Source of the DNA: a bacterium
GTDB lineage: Bacteria; Patescibacteriota; Minisyncoccia; Phycocordibacterales; JBBTRF01
Length of the DNA stretch: 64,000 bases
Direction: 5' to 3'
Assembly (NCBI GenBank): GCA_037130265.1
Contig: JBAXTI010000001.1
Span: 98,092-162,091 of the forward strand
Shown here: piece by piece, positions 56,589 through 64,000 of the stretch
How the letters are laid out: every line of letters starts with the position of its first letter
Position numbering within the stretch: the stretch's first letter is position 1
The notes under the pieces: generated by a model
Seen by the model: only the letters and a program-made list of their open reading frames with translations
The model's database searches: none
Told to the model about the DNA's origin: nothing
Position numbers and translations under genes: made by a program

Positions 56589-57116
56589 ATGAAATGTCAT
56601 TTTTCAAAACAGAATACGCAGTGCGGCTTCACACTCATCGAGATGATCGTGTCTTTGTCGCTGTTCATTTCTGTGATGACGGTGGCGGCGAGCTCAATGC
56701 TCTCGATCATTGATGCGAATCGAAAATCACAAGCGACGAACACGGCGGTAGACAATCTCAACTTCGTCATCGACAACATGTCGCGTACGTTGCGTACGGG
56801 GAAGGCGTGGGCCGTGATGCCACTGGCTGGCGGTAATTCGAAAGTCACGTTTGTACCACAGGGCAAGACGGCAACAGACCGTACTTCTTATTTTGCGGAA
56901 AATAATCAGATAAAGATACAAGTCGGCAGTGACCCGGCCGAGGCGCTAACCGATACGGCGTTGATTGTTGATGTGTTGAATTTCTCTCTAGATTCGTCGT
57001 CTACTGCCCAGCCATTTCTGCATGTACTCCTTCGGGCACATGTGAGCGACAAGGCGAAATATCGTAGTAATGTAAATATCTCCACCTCTATTAGTCAGCG
57101 AACATTAAACCGATGA
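56589..57116 (+). CDS. Minor pilin (PilW/GspJ-like)
   Basis: G|FTLIEMIVSLSLF, M.R.LR.G. Confidence 0.85.
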   Translation: MKCHFSKQNTQCGFTLIEMIVSLSLFISVMTVAASSMLSIIDANRKSQATNTAVDNLNFVIDNMSRTLRTGKAWAVMPLAGGNSKVTFVPQGKTATDRTSYFAENNQIKIQVGSDPAEALTDTALIVDVLNFSLDSSSTAQPFLHVLLRAHVSDKAKYRSNVNISTSISQRTLNR

Positions 57117-57712
57117 ACATGAAACGCTCACAACACGGTTTTACGTTACTCGAGACACTAGTCGCGGTGTCCTTGCTCATGTTGTCCATCGTCGGTCCAC
57201 TCACTATCGCGCAAAAGAGCGTGAAGACATCGACCTACACGAAGAATCGCACCACTGCGTATTATCTGGCCCAGGATGCGCAGGAGTTTTTGCGAAATAT
57301 TCGTGATACGAATTCGCTGGCGGGCGGGACATGGAGCACTCTTGGTGGGGTGTATGGACCTTGTGTAAACGGGAAGTGTGATGTCGACACGCAATACAGT
57401 CCGAGCCAGGTCATTTCAAATTCTGCTACGCGAGCTCAGGCTATTCAGAGTTGTGGTACGACAAATTGTCCAACACTGACTTTTGTCGACGATCCTACCG
57501 ACCTTCATAACGGATATTTTGGGCATAAGGTAGCAGTCAGCACTACTATTGTTGAAAGCCAGTATCGTCGGGAAATCACCATTACTCCATTGAATACATC
57601 ATCACCGGACAGTCGGGAATTACTCATCCGTGTCGATGTTATTTGGCATGAGGGTATCCTTGGTGGGGAAAAGAAAATTTCGTTATATGATGAAGTATAT
57701 GATTGGCAATAA
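57113..57712 (+). CDS. Minor pilin (PilV/GspI-like)
   Basis: G|FTLLETLVAV, A.YLAQ...E..RNIRD. Confidence 0.85.
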   Translation: MNMKRSQHGFTLLETLVAVSLLMLSIVGPLTIAQKSVKTSTYTKNRTTAYYLAQDAQEFLRNIRDTNSLAGGTWSTLGGVYGPCVNGKCDVDTQYSPSQVISNSATRAQAIQSCGTTNCPTLTFVDDPTDLHNGYFGHKVAVSTTIVESQYRREITITPLNTSSPDSRELLIRVDVIWHEGILGGEKKISLYDEVYDWQ

Positions 57713-57725
57713 CGCACAACGAAAT

Positions 57726-58268
57726 ATGCGAGAGGGCCGCATCTCCGCAGATGGCACGCGCGGTGGCTTCACGATCTTGTATTCGTTGTTGATCATTAGT
57801 TTGCTCATCTCGATCAGCTTGGGTATTTTTGATATTGCGTTGCGTGATTTTGCACTTGCGCAGTCGGCAGCGGATTCTCAGGTGGCGTTGTTTGCGGCCG
57901 ATGCGGGCATGGAGTGTGCCTTGTACTACGACCTGAAATTCCGCGGCGGCAACCTTGCCTTTGCGACCAGTACGGTGAATCCGCAGACTTCGCTCATCCC
58001 GGCATTTTCATACGCTTGCGGAATAATGCCTATGCTGAACACCGTTACTTTTCCTTCGAACAATACGGCAATCACGACACTTACGGTGTATCTGACAATA
58101 CAGTCGGGTGTCGCTACTCCAGATACTGAAGGTCCGTGTGCGATTGTGGCCATACTTAAGAATGATAGCGGCAATTCTACTACCATCGATTCTCGCGGGT
58201 ACAACATCTGTGCCAATTCCACAGGTTCCACAAAGCGTGTTGAACGAGGATTACGCGCGAGCTACTAG
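57726..58268 (+). CDS. Minor pilin (PilX/GspK-like, no Glu5)
   Basis: G|FTILYSLLII, A.FAADAG.ECALY, I.SRG. Confidence 0.8.
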   Translation: MREGRISADGTRGGFTILYSLLIISLLISISLGIFDIALRDFALAQSAADSQVALFAADAGMECALYYDLKFRGGNLAFATSTVNPQTSLIPAFSYACGIMPMLNTVTFPSNNTAITTLTVYLTIQSGVATPDTEGPCAIVAILKNDSGNSTTIDSRGYNICANSTGSTKRVERGLRASY

Positions 58269-58308
58269 GCTGGCCTCATGCCCAGTTTCCGCTATCATTC
58301 GCCTCTAA

Positions 58309-60456
<2,148 letters not shown>

Positions 60457-60515
60457 CGAATAATGTTGTCAGTGAGCGCTGAGACGATGAATGGGAGTGC
60501 CCGCCGACTTTTTTG

Positions 60516-60580
60516 AGTACCCTCGGATTTTGCATCCTTTTTGCATACTTTTGTAAGCAAAATCCGAGGGTACTTTTTTG
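60516..60580. terminator. 18-bp inverted repeat with a T-tract after ligA
   Basis: agtaccctcggattttgc/gcaaaatccgagggtact-tttttt. Confidence 0.6.
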
Positions 60581-60670
60581 TTCGAACTACCCCGTGCTTT
60601 TCAGTTTTTTCAAAATAAAAGTGCCGCGCTTCGGAGGGAAGCGCGGCACGGGAAGGTATTCCTTCGTCGA

Positions 60671-60910
60671 TTAGTTGCCGGTCTGGGCGAAGGCTCGGGC
60701 CATCGAGCCGAAGCCGCCGGGCAAGGGGTCCTGGTAGTGGAACTCGTCGGGAGCGGCAGCCTTCTTCGTGTTGGACCGCGTCGGCGCGGCGGCCTTGGTG
60801 AGAACGAAGAACTTCTCCACAATCCTCCAGTTGTGACGGGAGACTCCCTGCTTGCCTTTCGCTGCTGCGGCTTCGGCGTGTGCGATGTGCTTTTTGGCGG
60901 TAGCGCTCAT
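60671..60910 (-). CDS. Hypothetical small protein
   Basis: 79-aa ORF with a minus-strand terminator at ~60612-60650. Confidence 0.5.
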   Translation of the reverse strand: MSATAKKHIAHAEAAAAKGKQGVSRHNWRIVEKFFVLTKAAAPTRSNTKKAAAPDEFHYQDPLPGGFGSMARAFAQTGN

Positions 60911-61097
60911 GCGTTTTATCCAATGTGTTTTCGAGTTGTCCCCGACAGGCTATGTCGGAAACGGTGCTGTTGCACTAGGGTAGAAGAGTACAATACTTTG
61001 CAAAAAGGCGCAACTGGGCCGGCCTGTGGATGAGGTGTCTGGCGGACGAAGGTCACCAAGGGGCGCCAGCGAAAGAGATATGCTATGATACCCGAAT

Positions 61098-61433
61098 ATG
61101 GTGGAAATCAAGGATATCGAGAAGTTGGCGGCACTCTCGCGCATCTCGCTGACGGAGGCGGAAAAGGCTCAAATGCGCACGGAAATTGAGGCGATTTTGG
61201 GCTACGTGGCCCAGATTCAAAAGGTGTCGGGCACGCCAAAAACGGCAGAGGAACGCTCCCGAGAGAAGAAAGACGAGGTGCGAAATGTGCTTCGTGAAGA
61301 CGGTGTGATTGGCGGTGCGACCGATCAGTCTGGTGCTCGCATGCACACCCCTGGCGAATATTCTGAAGCGTTGTTGGCGAATGCACCGAAGCGCGAAGGT
61401 CGCTTTGTGAAAGTGAAGAAAATTTTGTCGTAA
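61098..61433 (+). CDS. gatC: Asp/Glu-tRNA amidotransferase subunit C
   Basis: LA.L.RI.L, IL.YV, NVLRED, NAP......VKVKKIL. Confidence 0.92.
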   Translation: MVEIKDIEKLAALSRISLTEAEKAQMRTEIEAILGYVAQIQKVSGTPKTAEERSREKKDEVRNVLREDGVIGGATDQSGARMHTPGEYSEALLANAPKREGRFVKVKKILS

Positions 61434-61472
61434 TAATAAAAACGCGCGTCACGCCAATACCCCAAACATCCC

Positions 61473-62939
61473 ATGAAGATCGATCTCAAAACCATCACCA
61501 TCCGCAGCGCCCATGACGCTTTTGTGAAGGGCGATTTTACCGCCACACAGCTCGCGCTGGCATATCTCGATGAGATTGCGGCGAAAAACGCCAAGATCAA
61601 TGCGTATCTCGAAGTGTTTACTGATGTGCTCGAACAAGCAAAAGAGGCAGATGTGCGAATTAAAGAAGGGAAGGGTGGTCTGCTCACCGGTATTCCAATC
61701 GCGGTGAAGGACAATATTTTAATCAAAGGTCGTCGCGCTGGTGCGGCATCGAAAATTCTCGAAGGATATGTGGCTCCATATGATGCGACTGCAATCGCGC
61801 GTTTGAAAAAAGAAGGTGTAGTCTTTATCGGCCGTGCCAACATGGACGAATTTGCGATGGGGGGTTCCAATGAAAATTCCGCGTATGGTCCTGTGCGAAA
61901 CCCACATGACGAGTCTCGCGTGTCTGGCGGTTCTTCTGGTGGTTCGGCGGCTGCTGTGGCAATGTTCGGGGCGCTCGCCGCTTTGGGTTCGGATACGGGC
62001 GGTTCGGTGCGTCAGCCGGCGAGCTTGTGCGGCGTGGTTGGATTCAAGCCGACTTACGGTGCGATCTCTCGATACGGTCTCATGGCGATGGGCTCCTCGC
62101 TCGATCAGATCGGTACGATTGCAAAAAATGCCGACGACGCACAGATTTTGTTTGATGCAATGGCTGGCCACGACGAATATGACAGCACGACATTGCCGGA
62201 GAGTGCATTTGGCGGTATTAAGAGCAACGTGGCTTCAGGTGTGGCTGGCGCAGCGAAGTCGGATGCCGTCGGTGTCAAAAAGCGCATCGGTATTCCACGA
62301 CACTTCATGAAAGAGGGAATTGACGCCGAAGTATTGGCGAATTTTGAAACGGCTGTCGCGCGATACAAAGAGCTTGGGTATGAAATTGTTGAGATTGAAT
62401 TGCCGAATATCGGATACTCGCTCGCGGTGTATTACGTGATCATGCCGGCTGAGGCGACATCGAATCTCTCGCGTTTCGACGGGGTGAAGTACGGCGCACT
62501 GAAAGAGGGAAACGACCTGCTCGCCGACTATCTCCGCACTCGCACAGAGGGTTTTGGCAAGGAAGTGCGTCGCCGTATCATGATGGGCAACTATATCTTG
62601 TCTTCTGGCTACTACGAAGCGTATTATTCCAAAGCCAACCTCGTGCGCGACATGATCAAGGCCGATTTCGTTGAGGCATTCAAAAAAGTGGATTTTATTT
62701 TGACTCCGACTTCGCCAGTGCCCGCTTTCAAGATTGGCGAAAAATCCTCCGACCCATTGCAGATGTACTTGGCTGACATTTTCACTGTCACCGCCAACCT
62801 TGTAGGTGTGCCAGCGATCTCGATTCCTTCTGGTTTCGTTGAGAAAGAAGGGAAACAGCTCCCGCTTGGTATCCAGCTCATGGCACCGCACAAGGCCGAC
62901 GCTTCACTTTTCCACTGCGCCAAAGATTTCCTCGCGTAG
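61473..62939 (+). CDS. gatA: Asp/Glu-tRNA amidotransferase subunit A
   Basis: AVKDN, NMDEFAMG, GGSSGGSAAAV, SDTGGSVRQPA, SNLSRFDG. Confidence 0.98.
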   Translation: MKIDLKTITIRSAHDAFVKGDFTATQLALAYLDEIAAKNAKINAYLEVFTDVLEQAKEADVRIKEGKGGLLTGIPIAVKDNILIKGRRAGAASKILEGYVAPYDATAIARLKKEGVVFIGRANMDEFAMGGSNENSAYGPVRNPHDESRVSGGSSGGSAAAVAMFGALAALGSDTGGSVRQPASLCGVVGFKPTYGAISRYGLMAMGSSLDQIGTIAKNADDAQILFDAMAGHDEYDSTTLPESAFGGIKSNVASGVAGAAKSDAVGVKKRIGIPRHFMKEGIDAEVLANFETAVARYKELGYEIVEIELPNIGYSLAVYYVIMPAEATSNLSRFDGVKYGALKEGNDLLADYLRTRTEGFGKEVRRRIMMGNYILSSGYYEAYYSKANLVRDMIKADFVEAFKKVDFILTPTSPVPAFKIGEKSSDPLQMYLADIFTVTANLVGVPAISIPSGFVEKEGKQLPLGIQLMAPHKADASLFHCAKDFLA

Positions 62940-62960
62940 GTTTGATACAATAGGGAGGAA

Positions 62961-63701
62961 ATGAACCCTCTGTTTTCTTTTTTGCAAGCAGCTGCCGGAG
63001 CCGCAAGTGCATCGGGTGCTGAAGTGCCACGACTCCCAAGTCTTTCGTTTGAAGATATTTTTATTTGGATTATCAACTTCTTTTTCGATATTGCTGGTGC
63101 CGATTATCAGCAGACAGTTGAAACTCTTGTCTTTGCTGCGCGATTCTTCTCTATCTTCCTCTCGCTTCTTTTCATTGTTGGTACGATTTACGCCAAGATG
63201 CAGGCGAAGCAGATTGAGATTCGCCGACATCATCGTGCGGCGCCAAAGAAGAAGCATGCTAAGGCTGCCGAAGGTGGCGCTCCACACGCCTCTGGGGCCC
63301 ATGGCGGACCGGCCAATCTGCCGACTGGAATTCCTGCTGGGTTGCCGGTCTTTGATGAATCAGCCGAGGTCGCAAAAAAGGCACGCAACAACGAGCGCTG
63401 GGCTGCTGTCCTAGAAAATGTCGGGTCAGCAAGCGATTCCGATTGGCGTTTGGCGATTCTCGAGGCGGATATTATTTTGGATGATATGTTGAAAGGTATG
63501 GGGACGTTTGGTGACACTGTTGCGGAGCGACTGAAGTCGGTGAATGAACACACGATACCGAGCGTACAGAAGGCATGGGAGGCACATTTGGTGCGCAATC
63601 GCATTGCACATGACGGTGCCAATTTTGCCCTATCACAGCATGAAGCGCGTCGCATTATCGGGTTGTTTGAGACGGTGTTGAAAGAGGGGAGGTTTCTTTA
63701 G
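62961..63701 (+). CDS. Membrane-anchored hypothetical protein with a HEPN-like Rx4H motif
   Basis: N-terminal TM; WRLAILEAD...ERLK...AWEAH.VRNRIAH. Confidence 0.7.
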   Translation: MNPLFSFLQAAAGAASASGAEVPRLPSLSFEDIFIWIINFFFDIAGADYQQTVETLVFAARFFSIFLSLLFIVGTIYAKMQAKQIEIRRHHRAAPKKKHAKAAEGGAPHASGAHGGPANLPTGIPAGLPVFDESAEVAKKARNNERWAAVLENVGSASDSDWRLAILEADIILDDMLKGMGTFGDTVAERLKSVNEHTIPSVQKAWEAHLVRNRIAHDGANFALSQHEARRIIGLFETVLKEGRFL

Positions 63702-63793
63702 GGTTTCTTCATGAATCCTCACAGATTTCTTGATTCGGTCTCTATTCCGTGGTATCCTAACTTTTGTCTAGGGAAGATGTTCCGGACATCTAT

Positions 63794-63825
63794 CGCGGGG
63801 TAGAGAAGCAGTAACTCGCAAGGCT
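63794..63825 (+). tRNA. tRNA-fMet 5' exon (through U33), interrupted by an intron
   Basis: CGCGGGGTAGAG..CTCGCAAGGCT matches the 5' half of initiator tRNA (C1, A11) and diverges at the anticodon. Confidence 0.85.
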
Positions 63826-64000
63826 CAAATTTTAGGGCTCATTACTGAGTAATTGGTAATTGATAACTTGTCAAATTCGGTGAAACCTCGGCCTCTCAAT
63901 TTTGAGGGAAGGTGGCAATACCGAGCCAAGCCGAGAACGATCTCGGAAGGTGTAGAGACTAGATGGCAGGCTTCCGCAACGACGCTCAAGTGTCAGCGGA
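63826..64000 (+). ncRNA. Group I intron (IC3-like), partial, continues past the window end
   Basis: P1 with a U.G pair (ggcU-c/gggct); P2 hairpin 63841-63860; P AAATTCGGTGAAAC 63873; Q AATACCGAGCCAAG 63917; R GTGTAGAGACTAGATGG 63950; P3 cttgtca/tggcagg. Confidence 0.85.

Overview
Chromosomal window from a bacterium that is very likely Patescibacteria/CPR (Parcubacteria-like). This is inferred from uL30/rpmD missing from the spc operon, near absence of Shine-Dalgarno sites, many apparently leaderless genes and the layout of the type IV pilus cluster. It holds the 3' part of fusA, tuf and the S10-spc ribosomal protein cluster through secY-adk-map, interrupted by two type II toxin-antitoxin cassettes. 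Next come a VirD4/TraD-like ATPase, ndk, a probable 6S RNA, a class F sortase, an NYN RNase, a beta-CASP RNase, infC-rpmI-rplT, a DD-carboxypeptidase, a dinD-containing islet at tmRNA, smpB, ftsH, recG and ung. The right part has a Bro-N islet at tRNA-Ser, comF, a full pilMNO-pilB-pilT-pilC-pilin-pilD cluster, ligA, gatCA and the 5' exon of tRNA-fMet followed by a group I intron that runs off the window. Most notable: (1) a dispersed ~64-nt structured repeat whose stem differences are all compensatory, with two inverted copies bracketing the cargo between fusA and tuf; (2) unusual tRNAs, Ser(ACU) and Ile(UAU), and an intron-split fMet; (3) palindromes inside Bro-N/DinD coding sequences that are kept despite amino-acid change; (4) an NYN RNase facing a promoter-driven antisense small RNA; (5) pilin genes sharing a 62/63-nt identical N-terminal block. 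All calls come from reading the sequence by eye; no database searches were run.
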